Shown one piece after another: positions 38,749 to 53,700 of a stretch of DNA of 64,000 nt (positions are counted from its first letter, which is position 1; each line of letters opens with the position of its first letter). Origin of the DNA: Tubiluchus corallicola (lineage: Eukaryota; Animalia; Priapulida); assembly GCA_030141605.1 (NCBI GenBank), contig JAQGDQ010000680.1, forward strand, positions 49,885 to 113,884, given 5' to 3'. Under the pieces are notes generated by a model. That model was not told where the DNA came from. It saw nothing but the letters and a program-made list of their open reading frames with translations, and did not search any database. A program made the position numbers and the translations under genes.

Positions 38749-41700
38749 CTACAACTCATCACCATACAACTTTTTCTTCTCCATTGTAGCTGTCATTTCC
38801 TCTGGCCTCGTTCGTTTGAAAAAACCAGCCTAAAAGAAATAATTGTTTGTATAGTACGAAAAAGGTTCAAAGATGGAACAAATTTACTCATGAGAGCAAG
38901 TAGTAATCGCCAGAATATAATGTTAAAGAAAGGTCTGTCTGTATTTTCCTTCACTAATATAATTTGATAGGTATTCAGTTATGTAGTAAAAGCAACTTTA
39001 CTAATATTTGCTCTAAGCAAACTATATGACAATTTGAAAATTAGTTTTTCTGCTTATACACCAGGCTACGAAATAGCTCAAGGAAATCTTAAGTCCCTAA
39101 CAAACATGACTTTGAATGTAAATTTTGAACCTTCATCAAGCATACTTCTGTATGGATCCATAAGTTTTTTACCATAGACTTGATATGTTGACTCATCCTA
39201 GTACTAGCCAATACCCCCTTAATGTGGCATAACGTTTTCAAAACGTTTTGAGCAAAATGTTTTTGCTAAACCATTTTCAAAATGGTTTGAGTGTTCACAC
39301 AGTCACTGGGCAAACCGTTTTTAAAGAAAAAGAAGATGCATTGCTAACATTATGCTGCAAAGAAATTTAGTGGAAAACGGGTTTAAACTACACTCACAAC
39401 TTGGTTTGCCGGACAAAAGCGAGGAGACGTCCGTCCGAATTTGCCAATTGTCCATATTTGCCTATACTAAGCGAATACGGTAGGCACCGTGTATTAGACC
39501 CAGTAATGTAGAATCAATCGCCTAATTGTCTCAAAAAGGTCTGGTACGGGCTGCTCCCATGCAAAAGCATGTAAAAACTGTCGGCAAATGACTCCAATAA
39601 CTCCGCATGATTGATTCTATATTTTTATATATAGAGATAGACACGTGATTACACTGATGTAATGATGTAAACAAAGTGACGGCCCGTCAACTAGCGATCA
39701 GCTTATGAAACAACAGACTGTTCATGCAGGATTTTTAATGGTCCAGATCTTGTCCGATTCTCCTGATATCAGCAAAAGCAAGGTCCGGTAAGCCGAGATA
39801 TGAGTGTATCTCACAAATTGGTGTCAAACATTTGGAGACATTTTGGACTATCACGTGAACACTCAAATCATTTTTAAAATGTTGATATTTGCTGTGTGAA
39901 AGGTAGACGACCTGCGATACTTAGCAGGATTTGCTATCATTAGTACCATCTGTTTGTAATACTCACCCAGCAAAGTATTAGAATTATAACAAGTAATAAT
40001 AACACTCCAGCAACTATAGACACAATAATAATCCATAGGGGGAATGCTTGTTCTATTTCTACACGGAGAGCATCAGGATAAGCTTTAGTTACTGCCTAAA
40101 AATACAATAATTTTCCAGATTAATTTAGGTCCTCCATAAGTACATACTAAACTGAGGTGAAGTAAGTAAACATTATCGTGCAAATTGCTTTTTAACTCTT
40201 TGACATTTTTCAACTGTAACTATTACATAATATAAAATATCAGTTAAAACAACCTTTCAGAAATTACTTACCAAAGCATAGTCATTACTTGTGTTTTGCT
40301 CTACATTTAGCGAAGGGTCTATTGTTACATTAGCTCTGGATATTATTTTCACATAATCTACCGAACTGTAATCCTGAAAAAAGAAATGCAATTAATCAAA
40401 GGTGCAGCCTCAATAAAGAAAATTAGATTAAGATTTATCAAGGAAAAAATTACATGAAAAATTTTGTTTAGCTAAATTACAATTATGAAAGCATTCAATG
40501 GTCTGTCATGCTAACAAAACTCTCTTCATACTTGATAAAAAAGCTAGTTTCAAAACACTAATAATTTGCACTTTGCAAATAATGCAGCAAACAAAAATAA
40601 AGAATTAAGACATACTTGTATAAAAGTACTATTCCATAGCCGGGCACGGATAGTAATTTTGGCACTTTCTCGGAAGCCCAACTCTCCAATATTGCACACA
40701 AATGTGAAGCACTTGGCCGTTCCGAGTTGGCAGTCCTACAAAGTAATAAATAAAAAATAACTTCACTTTGAAATGGTCAACAGAAGTGTTAAGAGTCTTC
40801 AATAACTATCTACTGGGTTAAGGTCTCAACTTACTTTGATACTGTATTCAATTGTATAAAGGGCAACTGAAGCAAGTATGAACGTTTAAAGTTCCAAAAC
40901 GATTGGCAAACAAAAAATGAGCAGTTATGAACTTACCATTGTGACCACCTTATCAGAAGATTTTTTGTCTACGATTTCAGAAGCTTCACGTTTACGGCGC
41001 TTCCTCATTGCACTTTCTCCCGTATCATGAATGCCTAAATTGTTTAAATCTTCTACCGACTGATTGTCCTCCTTTGGTTCTCTTAATCTTAATCTTGCTT
41101 GTGTCAACTAGCAACATAAGACGTGATTGTTATGAATTGGTAACAAGTTTATGAATCCACTGAGCAATTTTGGACCAATGCATAAAAAGATAGATAACTA
41201 ATTTCATGCTTAAATTTCCTCATTGAAGCTACTATTCTTTGATAAAATGCATCATACATTATAACAAATTATTTAATGCAACTACTGTAATGTCAAAGTG
41301 AAAAACCATACATGCCCGTAGAAAAGTAAGAAGAGTGAATATATTAGAAAGGTGAAAGAAACTTACTTCTGTTGCTGGCGAAACAGTTGTTGCTAAGGCT
41401 GCATGCGATTTAGGATTTATCTGAGTTAGCATAAAAGAAACAAACGAACTATATTAGTAAGATAGTTTTAAAAAAATAAGTGTTACAACTTAAGATGATT
41501 TGAAGTGATTTTCTTTATATATTTTGTAAAATAGCTAAAGTAAGGTAAAAACAGGTAAAAGTAAAATTTTAACAAATTCAAAACATTGATAGCTACTGCA
41601 TTTATTCTTTAGTGTTATTTTTCACCACATGCACAAAATTAGAAAAACCATCTAAGTGACTCCGCCACTTATTAGAAATAGAAAATGGTATTAGAACCAA

Positions 41701-44700
41701 GATAAATCAAGATAACCTGTTTACCCGGACATTTAGGGGATTTACATACGCTTTGTCCACTATACATTCGCCAGGTCCAGCTACCTGCAATACAACAAAC
41801 ATTATTTGCACACGAGTTTTATATTATAACATAGTTAAAAATGAACTTCAACACCCAAATATTTTTGAAATAAATAATGCAAAAAAACATAATACAGAAT
41901 TTTTTAAGTGCAAAAGTTTCGAGTGATCAAAAAGTTCGAAATTAAGTAATAATGCCATAGCTCCCAAAATGGCGATTTTCCATAAAGGTTTAGACACCAA
42001 AATCCCTAAGCTGGCACTGTTTTGCATTTCCTTATAATAATACCAGCCGAATAATGAAAAATATAGCAGCTTCTGTACGTGAGCCAAATAATTTTGATTG
42101 AATTGACTGATAAAAGGTTTTGCTTTTAAAGCAGGGCTACATTTTAACTTTTGTGTTGAAAAACATTAAATCTCGCAGAAATTTTGTCCAACCATTAGCT
42201 GTTAGTAAACACAGTACATGCCTGCGGTTGCAATGGGAACTGCGACATCTATTAGAAATTACTTGTCATGTCTATAAACGACAGTTAACAATCATTTATG
42301 TATGTCTACATGATTTCCCTATAAAGGAGCTCTAATATGAAGTATAAAGTCTTTGGTTGCGAGATGCAAGAATTTCAAGGTGACTAAAGTTTTGTTTCCT
42401 ATTTTCGGCAAATCTGTGGGAAAGACATGCTAAAACTGTTAAAACCAATAATCTATAATCTGTAATCATTTACTGTCATCTACAATTATGTAAAAATATA
42501 TTACGAGCACACAACTTTCTTTGGCATTTTCCGCAAATCCTGAATTTTGAAAGTTTACCAACAGTATCAAATTCTAATTTCCTTGTATAACACACATAAT
42601 GTAAGCCACACGGGCATATTTAACAATAAGGCTAACTAGGCTACATTAGTCTGAAGTGCCAGATTTTAAGGGCCTCCTCAGAAAATGCATATACCTTCAT
42701 ATTCAAATAAGTGCATATTTTAAAACACGCCGTGCCAAGTTACTGAGTCCGTTTTTATATACACCCATATAACATAAATGGTACATGCCTACTTAGATAT
42801 AAGTTCTACACAAATATATGTAATTAACAGTTACTGCGTAGGTAGTAGAGTTATTATACAGCACACAAGTAATTTCATATTGTGTTTCGCATATAATCGA
42901 CCATAAATTCATAACAGAAACGGATGAGATTGATCTAGCAGTCTAGGGGGTAGTATTATCTTTACACACTCCAAGATACAGCTCCAATAGGGCTACTTCC
43001 ATGGTTTTTGAATCATAGGCTCACTTGATTGATAACTTCTGGATGAGATAGTTTAGTTTAAACATAATTCATTATAGGATTAGATCAGACCGTTTGAACA
43101 ACATGATTAGGATCCTCACCACAACAAACTATATACTCTATTTACAAAAACATTTATAGTAAGAATTGACTATACCAACATAAGCTGACAAGTTTTACTA
43201 CAAGATTAGTTAATGGTTGGATGAGTTAATGACTGTTTTCACTTTTATTAATAATTTAACAATAGAAGCAGGCTATTTATGTCAAATTTGTTCAGTTATC
43301 AAGAACTCATGATAATGAGGAGCTGGTTTATTTATGTGGATTTTTCATTCTGCAAACTGCTTGTTATTGAATCAGTCCCTATCTCAATCAACATGATTAT
43401 AGAGGCCGAAAATGCTTTAGTGCAAGGTTGAAATCAGACAGTAGAAAAAAATAGATTTTATTCGAAATAAATAAGTAAATTTCATTCAAGTTGAGAAAGA
43501 AAAAGTTCGATTCAATTCGAATTTGAGTTTTTTTAAATTTTGCACTATACCAATTAATATTCAAGAAATCAGGAAAGCATTTGTTCTATATTTCGCAACA
43601 ACTGAAGTCACAAATACAAAATCTGCAAACTTAGTGGCACCATTTTTAGTATTCTTATAACAATAATAATTACTAACCTCCGGAACTTCAAGCATGTACA
43701 ACAAATATTTTCCATGCTCCCTGTTATTTTCTACTTCATACGGCCAAGAAACCACAACTTGTAGCTTGTCTATTCTACCTGTACCATTATTCACAACCTG
43801 AAAAAATTACACTTTAATACAACAATTCAAATAAATTATTGAAATTAGGCCCCATGTTTTTGGGGAAAAAATAGCATTATTATCTTTACACTGAAGGCAG
43901 CAATAGTTCCTAGAAAAAAAAACAGTATTTACAAACTGTTTACATATTTACCTACCACATAATTATGTGCAACTAAACTTCCTATCTCTTCTTCTTGCTT
44001 CATTGCAAATGCTCCAACAACATCACCACCAAATAGTACCTGATCCTTTGGATACGTTGAGCTAAACATTAAAGAAAAGTAATTGATTGAATGATAATGA
44101 GGAAACAACTGGAGCTGCTTTCTCCAGCTCTATGTAAATCCCGTAAGACCACAGAAAACCATATGAGTAAAGCTGGCCTTAGAAGGTGCGGGGCCCTACT
44201 GGAAACAATTTTGGTAAGCCTTAGGTCCCCAGCTATGGTCTGTTGGATTACAAAAATGTACCATTATAGGCTTTATATTTCTGTAACAGAATGGAAAGCA
44301 ATTAAAACATGTGAAAACCCCAATTGTTTTAATAAAAATGGTTTACTAAAGATATCTAATTATTTTTTATTCTGAAAATAATGAAACTGCAATGAACAGA
44401 CCTCATAACGACATTGATATAACGCACGATTTTTGCTTAACGGTTCAGTTTAAATATATTTATTTTACTATCTATAAATAAATAAACAGCGCTAAGTTAC
44501 ACAAACATACGTTGTAGGACATTTTGCTCATTTATTTGTATGATCTATGACACATTATATCTTTGTTTTTTCTATTAATGTGAAATTCTAGCGACACTTA
44601 TATCACTCAATAAACTTAATAATTAAAACAAATCGACAATCTGTCCCTTATCATAATATTGTTTACATTCAGACTTGTTCTAGCTGCTTAACTTATTTGT

Positions 44701-47700
44701 GTGGAACACCCCCTCCTGCTGCCAATTAGTCTGTTATAACAAGGGTTTAATGTACCTGTAGTTACTGCTATCAAAAATTGGTAGCAATCACATTTGCATT
44801 GTATTATTGTATATACACGTAGAACAAAAAGTAGGTTAATCTACTCTCTACTGCAAAACTCTCAGAAGCATGAGACTTGTTTGGAGAAATCAGTCCAATC
44901 AGAAACAAGAAATTCAATTTTCAGATATTTCACAGGTAATATGTAGCATATTATGTTGCCAATCAGCACAATTCATGAACGCTTCTACAATCAAGGGAAC
45001 TACATCTCATGCACAAAATGATATTACTGCAAATCATTACCCTTCAATCAGTATTTCTGCCCGTATGATTACTTTAGCTTCTAAGTGAAGCACATTGTCC
45101 TTAGGATTAATTTCCTTGCTGGATGTAGTCGCAACTATACTAATGTTGAGCAACTTTGCTGTAGCTGGAATGTTAGCAGTGTCCACGTCAAATTTTAATT
45201 CCGCTTTACCATTCTTTTTAAAAGGATTGCCAAGTTCACATACTGCTGAGTTGTTAATGCTCTTACACACCTCCGTTCCAGACTAAAATATAGAATAAAT
45301 AGTATGTCACATTTAAAGTAAAAAAACACATTAGTGGTTTGCTTTTACCAATATACAACATACACACTGCGACAGATAATGCCCATGCATACTAGATAGG
45401 CATCAGCAACAAAATCAGTTTCATACCGTGTTATCTGCATATTATCTGTGTTACACGAATGTTGTACTTTCAAAAACTAAATGTACCATTTCATATACCA
45501 TCAGTCATACAGAATTCAAATTCAAAATTATACAGTATTTTTCCTGAAATTTTTTTATTGTAAAATAATAATAAAAGTTATACAATTTTCTTCCTGGGAT
45601 CAAACAGTAGAAAGAATGTGCAAAAATTTGCAAAACAATAAAACTATTAACTACCAGAGGTACATGTCTATGACAAGTTCCACAGTATAGCACTAAATTA
45701 ATTTCAACATTTGTAGAAAATACACAGAAACTATAATTATGTTGACATACATTAAAAATAAATGAATCTATGAAATCTGGAAAGCTGACTGTCACTTCAG
45801 TTTCGTAAGCTGGTTCTCCTCTGTTATATATCATTACTGTCACCATTAATTGCTCTCTCTCTCCAAGCACTAAAATGGGGCGACCAGGTGCACTAAAACA
45901 AGAATATGAAGAACACATAAATGAAGAACAAAGTATATGTTATCAATAAATTTAAGAAGTAATACAATATCTTGCATAAGTCCCAAGAGCATTATAAATC
46001 AGTTGCAACATAAAAAATTAAGTTCTGTTAATATTTCTTACGAAGGTAAATCAAAACTGCCTTCTACACTGAGGTCACTGTGACACTGCTCATCGCTGCC
46101 ACAATCTTTTAAAAACTCCACCTGTGAAACAAAAAACAATTAACATCCAATAAACACCATTGACAGTAAAAAGTATATCTAGAGAAAATAGTGCTTATGA
46201 AATAATAATGAAATGTGAGATACAGTATTAGGAATAAGAAAGTACATGAGTTAAAGTTTACTAAAATTTACATCCTGCAGCCCAACAAGTGCTAAAAGCT
46301 ATCTTTAATTTCATGAACTAGTTTCTTAGAACTGAAGTAATTAAATTTCAATTTGAACAGCAGATGCTAATCATAAAACTAACAAGGATATAACAAAAAA
46401 GCGGTCTTTTATTAAAAAAAGCAGTAATAAAAGATTAGTAAATACGAAACCACGGATTCAATCAATAAACTGGGCTGAGATTGCTGTGATAAGGGAAGAT
46501 GCTATCAGGCATTAAACGGTTTTTGGCAACGCGTCAGAAAACCAGCTTGTTTTGACTTTAGCAAAAATGTTCATTTCTGTCACCACTGTTACATATCAAA
46601 GTTATAATTATAGCAAAGTGAAGTGCACAACAGAAAGTGCATAGCAAAATATTATTGTTACCAGAATGATGTATTTTCTATCGTCCATATGCAATATATT
46701 GAAAATATGATCTCTGCCATTGTATACTAAAACACACATTATCAACTAATTACCTTAAACTCAGACTCGATACTTTCTTTCCCCAGGATTGGGTAGTCAT
46801 CCATGCTTGGTAATGGCTCGTATGGTTGAGGCATTTCTGGTGTGTCAACCACAAGTTCATTTGTAACAGTAAATTTGATAGGGTTGAGAATATCCCTTGA
46901 TTCAGACTATAAAAATAAAAGAGAAACTTCATTCCATGCCCTAATATGCCGATAAGCTAGTAAATTATTTGACAGTGAAACGGGACCTAAATTTAACATA
47001 CTAATTACCTTTAGGTAAACAGTTTCTTCATTTCCACACACAAGTCGATTGGCTTTTTGCCTGTAAAGAGTAATTTCCCTTGTTACTTTCCACTGTGGAT
47101 CTCCAACATTTTTAAAGTAAACTCGCTTCAAGAAATCATTCATCTTCATGGAGTCCGCTACTATCTCATATTTCATGCGAAGTCGTGTATTAAACCGTGC
47201 TGGTTTTGCATTGTATTTGAAGCAAGGAGTAAATGTGAAGCTGCAATAAAAATCGACATACATTAACTTTATAAAAACTCAAAACTGCTCTGTTTGAGAA
47301 GCACACAGAAAACACAATTATTTTACATCTCACAAAGATTATTTTAGTCTTCATAGTTACTATCAATATGCATGGGAATTTGAATTTGTGAAGCAACAAC
47401 ACAGAAATAAGTAAATGATGTAAAGTTTGACCAATACCATGCATGTGACACATGCAAATCGTTTTTAGTAAATCTTTTCCAGCTTATTTTTTCTTTTAAA
47501 TATTCCTTAGATATTTAATTCCAATTATATAGTTCTTTTTCGCTCTCTATGTTCGCTTTCATCACTCTTAAATCTGATGTACAGCTGTAGTATAAAGAAT
47601 GGAAATAAATAACACTGAATTGCTCGATAATTATAAGGTTAGGGAAAAACATCAATGTTAAGAGAATCGTATTTACCATAGTCGGTTAGAACCATCATCA

Positions 47701-50700
47701 CAGTTTCGCTTGGTGGGGTCGATCGCTTTGACTAATCCCTTGATTTCAGTTGTCAAGTGAATGACTGGTCTTGCCCTGTTAGCAGTAAAAATGTGTGAAT
47801 GAATGGTCTTGCCCTGATAGCAATAAAAATGTCAATTTCACTGTATGAACGATAACAGTTAACAAAATTTTCATTTAACTAGTTTTACCTAGAGTGGTTT
47901 TCTGTACCATTTTCATACAACACAAATTAAAGAATGACCAGCAATTTTTCTGTCAAAGTTTGTTACTAACATTCACATAATAAAATTATATATTAGTAAG
48001 CAGTAGCCTTAATCATTTAAATGTTTCTAAAAAATAAGAATTCAACTAGTTTGTGTCAAAGAATTAAATAAGGGCTATACCACAGCAAAAATGCTTGATC
48101 TTGTCCATATGCTCCTACCAACAGATCTGGATACCCATTATCATCCAGGTCAAGCCCACCAGCAACTGAATGTCCAAACGTAGAAAAAGGACCTTCAGGT
48201 AACATGTCAGATGTAATCACCTGTAGGAACAACCATTCAATTTTCTGTACCATAATCAGTAAAACATTAATGCAGTGGATAAAACTGGATGACTCAATTT
48301 TCAAGTTAGGAAAATTATATTAGCACTTACCTGAACTGGTTCTGAAATTATTCCATTGGCAGAACCATGGTAAATGTAAACAGTTCCATTATTCTCATAA
48401 GGGGCACCCACTGCAATATCTAAATAAAGAAAAAGGAATTCCATCGGTGAGCATATTTGGAACGTTTCTGCTTTTTCGTGACAACACGCACACTAATGAA
48501 GGCTTTTACGAACATTTGCGCTAGTGCTAAAAAATTCGTTTGGGGGATATGTATAATAACACCAGCTTGAATAAAGTATAAATTACCCATCTTTCCAGAT
48601 TCAATAAGCAGGTAAAACTTTACATTTATAATAGACGTAGTTACCACAAGAACAAGTATATTCATATTGTCTAGAAAGGAAAACAGTTTGTGTGCTATAA
48701 ATTACTAAAGTTCTATAAACTAGATCATATGTGATTCAGTAGAACTTGTGTTAAGGACATCAACAATTCTAGTTTGTAAGGACTTGAGTGCAACAAGGCA
48801 TGTAGGTTATCTGAACAGACGATAAAATAACGATGTCTCTTTTACAAAGTCATGTCTTAGTAATACCTTCATATCCATCTAAATTCACGTCGCCAATATT
48901 TGCTACAGAGAATCCGAACTGTGAAAATTTTGAACCAGTTATCTTAACAGGTGTACTCGACAAAGCCAATCCCTAAAAACAAGAAACTATTATGAATACA
49001 GCACGTAAAAACAGCTATTCACACAAAAATGTCCAATAAACAAATTGTTTTACACATAATTATTATGATACAATTAATCGTAAATAAGGTATCACCTGTT
49101 TTGTACTATGGTATACATAAATTGCACCACCCTCTTCATTATTTTCTCCTCTATAAAAAGGTGCACCAACGACCAAGTCAGGATTGCTGAAAATAAAAAA
49201 GTATATTTCCTTACAAACTTTACAAGCAGTTTTTAAACAATGCACAAATTACAATTCATAAACTACAAAAAATATTTTCAAATTAAAAAACACACCAGCA
49301 GTAGGAGTACCTAACTATTTGTACATCTCTTATTACTGTGGTGTGCCTACCTATGACAGATGATTTCATGGGGAAAAAGTGTCACTGGCAGAAATGAGCG
49401 GAGAGCAGATTTGTGGATGGGGAACACTCACAAATTCTGTAGTTTTATGGATTGGGAGAAGCAAGTTTTTTGTGCATACATGGATTTTTAATGCCTAAAT
49501 TTGCGAATTTTACTCGAAATTGCAGTTTGCATTAAGGTAAGATTTTCAATAGTTTTAAGCAAAAGTTTTACCCATTTTGAGTTTTGTCATGATATGCTTT
49601 AAGGTATTGTTTTGTGATATAGTGGTGTGATATGGCATGGCATTGTCTGGTTTGTGTGGCATGGTTGGTATGGTGTAAGTACACATGGTGTGGTGTGTGT
49701 AGTGGCAACAACTTGATGAATTGCTGACAAGAGACACATTTATTCCAAGAGACACACCACAATATCGACAGCACCCCAAAATCAAACCCTAGCATGACAG
49801 TGTGTTGCAGTTGTCACCATGGGTTTACAAGCAATTTTTTGCAACATTTTGCTAGTAATTTATTGCTGATTAATGATCACAACTTCTAGCTTCATACAAA
49901 AACATTTTTTTAAACAATAAGGTACACATGGCAATAGGGTCTAGTTTTTACCAACATTTTTGCGGATCTTGCAGATGCGTATATAAATGAGAAAGCGATA
50001 TCCGCACATCTCTAGTCATTAGAATTAATCGGAATTACGTGATCAAAGTTAGTAATAATAAATTTTAATAAAGATTACTTCATGAAACAACAACAGAATA
50101 ATTACAATAAAACTATACTGGTCACAATAACAAATAAATTTAGAATTAAAAGTCAAAATAAAAGAGATGATAAAAACACGAGAATGAAAGAAAAGATATA
50201 AAGGAGTCAAAGATCTAATAGTTTAAAGAATTAAAGACCAAGGATATAAAGAGGTAAACGACTAAATGAATATGGTCAAAGACAAAGACATCTTTGTTAA
50301 AAAGTCTAAACGTAAGTCAAAACGTAAAAGCCTCAAGAATGGGAAATAAAACCCTCTAAAAAGAATTTAATGATTTAATTATTGATTTCAATCAGTTTCT
50401 TACAATCAAATCTATTTCTTACAATTAATTTTAATTTTCTTATAATTAAATCATAAAATTGATCACCTTCAATTATAATCATCCACAGTTTGTTATTTTA
50501 CCAATTACTTTTCTCAGTAAAGCTTATCATTATAGTTACACAAAAATAAATCCGAGTCATGATTGTAGCACATAATGCTTCTCATTAGGCTGCTTTACAC
50601 TACAAAAAAACATTGCTTCTATCAAAATACCTATATGCTTTCATAGTAATAAATGGAGATGCACAAGATGCATTCCAGTAATGACTGATAGATATAAACC

Positions 50701-53700
50701 TGCCATTTTACCAGTTTTATTAGTTACATTTCTATATATGCAAAAAGGTAAATTTTTGAGATGGTGCAAACTGTGCGGTGCATATAAAATGCGAATGTTG
50801 CAGGTAATATTGTTGCTATTCCTTGCGATAGAGTAAAATATTTTGTTACATTTCAACCATAAGCATCCTATTTTTCTGACATTATGAATTTGCTTTTCTA
50901 TTTTAAAATGTTTTGTTGACTAGAGATGATGATAGTTGTTAACATTTGCCATTTAACAGCATACAGCAATTGTTATAAATCATGTCAAAATAAACAGATA
51001 AGCCTGAATCTTTGTCAGCCTGCAATGAACAGGATACACATGCATTACTGCATTAAAAAGCAACAAGGAATCTAGCACCAGTCGACCAAAATATTTGATT
51101 GGAAGGCATGAAATAAGTGTGTCAGTCATTTTAAAACTTGATTTAAAAATGCGTTATTTCATGTGCAACCAGCTAGCTTGAAAAACTGTAAAATTAGATA
51201 CCTATCTCCATTGAGGTCAACAGCTGCCACCACATGGCCAAAATATGAACCCAAGTTTTCACCTTTAATGTTGCCAACTTGAACTAGAGTCAGATTACCA
51301 CCTTCCCCTTTGTGAAAGAACACGATCTCACCGAGATCAGCACTACGTGGTGCTCCTGACACGTATGTCATCTTATCACCAAGAAACATACCAGTAGTAA
51401 CTGAGTAACCTGAAGCAGAAAAATAATAATTGTTAATAAAAAGATGAAAAACAAAACTTACTAAAGATGAATAAAAACTTAATAATTAACTTTAGTTTCA
51501 GTTTTAAAAGAACACGTCCTTTAGTAGAGAGTTTACACTTGAAGCTGTTGAAAAATAAAAATTCCAAGAAGTTTAATACTTAGGTAAATTTGCAAAAGGT
51601 TTATAACAAAACACACCTTAAATACTTTAAAATGGAAACCTGTAAGTAGTCCTTGCAAATTAGCATATAGTTTTAAATATTTGCATTACAGTTGCACAAA
51701 CAATTTTAAAGCAAAATATTAGGTTAACCTGGAATATAGAAACCAGTTTTGCATCAAAGCAAGATGAAGTATGTACTTCTCTCGGTACATTTACCACAAA
51801 AAGGATGCATATTTTATTAATATCATTTTTCAGTACAGGATTATGCACTGTCCCAAAACACTTGCAATACTTGTAGTCAAGATACTGTATCTTAGAGAGA
51901 ACAAAAATAGTTAAACATGTTCAAAAAAGTATGCTCCTTTATCACTAAGTTTCTGGAAGGTGATATCATAAGAACTCTTTTTGCTGATACCTAAATACGA
52001 ATATAGGATAGCTGCTCATAGGTCCAGTTTTTGTCTCAAACCTCTTAGTCAAAAAATTGCTTCACTATTAACTGAAGATCTATCATGACTATCTTCTATG
52101 ACAGAAATATCTTATGAATGTTGTTAAATTATATCGACAAAAGGGGTATGCCTGTGGAAGGCTACTTTATCGCTGTATCTCTAGAAGGTGATATCAAGAG
52201 CTCTTTTCATTGGAGCCTAAATACCGAGGCAGGACAACTGTTCATAGTTTTAGTTTTCCCTCAAGAAGTTTTTTGTCAAAAAATAGTTTCACTGCTAACT
52301 ACAGCCTCATTTGCTTCAAGAAAAAAAATCAACAAATATTTCCTACCACTGGCAAACTACCAGGGTGCGTTTTGGGCATATATTCATATTTTCATTTTCT
52401 AAATGCAGCAAGGTTTACCTTCAGTGGCTGCAGGCCTGTGGTGATCTGTATAAAAGGTTATAGTAATAAAATGCATAACTATATCCTACCTGCCATTAGA
52501 CTAATGCACGGCAAAGTTACTACATTATAAACTTAACATGTTTTCAGGTGCACAATCCAATAGGCAAACCAGGTAATACAGTTTGAGAAACGTGTTTATA
52601 CCTAAATAACTATATGCCTTGGCTGGTAATGGTTCAGTTTCTACTGGACTGTTGTACCACCTATTGTCATCTGTAATTTCTTCTTGAAGAGAGTTTACCA
52701 TAGCTGATCCCATCCATGCATATGAACCAGGAGCTCCAAGCAATACTGTATTATCCTATCAAATAACAAGTTAAAGATCAAAGTAAGTATAACATACAAA
52801 GTACCAAACATAGCACATATACCATAAATGGCTTTAAAATAAACTACCATATTTTTGCATAAAATTGATTACATTGAATCAAAACAATCACAAATTCATT
52901 AATGCAACCCCATTATTTACACCATACATAGTGTAACCACACTCGGTAGTCATCAGGAAGAACCTGACTAGTATTTGGGTTAGGGATAAGTTGGTCCCAA
53001 ACAATTCTGAGGTCACGGCCCTGGCCCAGGCAAAATAGGTACTAATTTAAAGTTAGTTACTTGTTAATTCTGAACTTCTTTCATTTTATAATAAAGACAA
53101 ACCTCGGCAATGTGGGCATCAACACCAACTTGACAATAACCATACTGTTCATGACCCTTTTCATTCTGCAATCCTCGGCATGCATCATACATTGTATTAT
53201 AATCTAATGTTTGCGTCAATCCATAACAAACACCAATCCCATACCGATAATCTGTGCTGCTCATAATGTATCTATGGGCACAAGCCTGTAAATACACAGA
53301 AAACGGTTTGCACAAATTTGCGCATTTGTGGTCCTTAATTTAGAAAGGCAGTGCTTTGCCAAGTTTCTATAAAAAGCTGTAAATTATGCAGAAGGTAAAT
53401 GTTATTGAACAAGAGAAGAAAAATTGAGGATTGATATCTTTGTGAATAAAGAAAGTTGTATCTTTTCACAAGATCAATTTAAGCCATTCTGTTAGCAATA
53501 ATTTATTAACTAAACCTAGCTGACAGTTAAACATAATATTGATGACAAGAACAGATTTTGTTCATATTCAGGAGGCATGTCAGATAAATGGAATTTACTG
53601 AGCAACAAATTGCAGCGACAGGCACATAAAAAGACGTTATGTTAAGAATATATAAGTAGATTAATATTTAATGAAGACTGGTTGAACTTCTGTTAAATGA

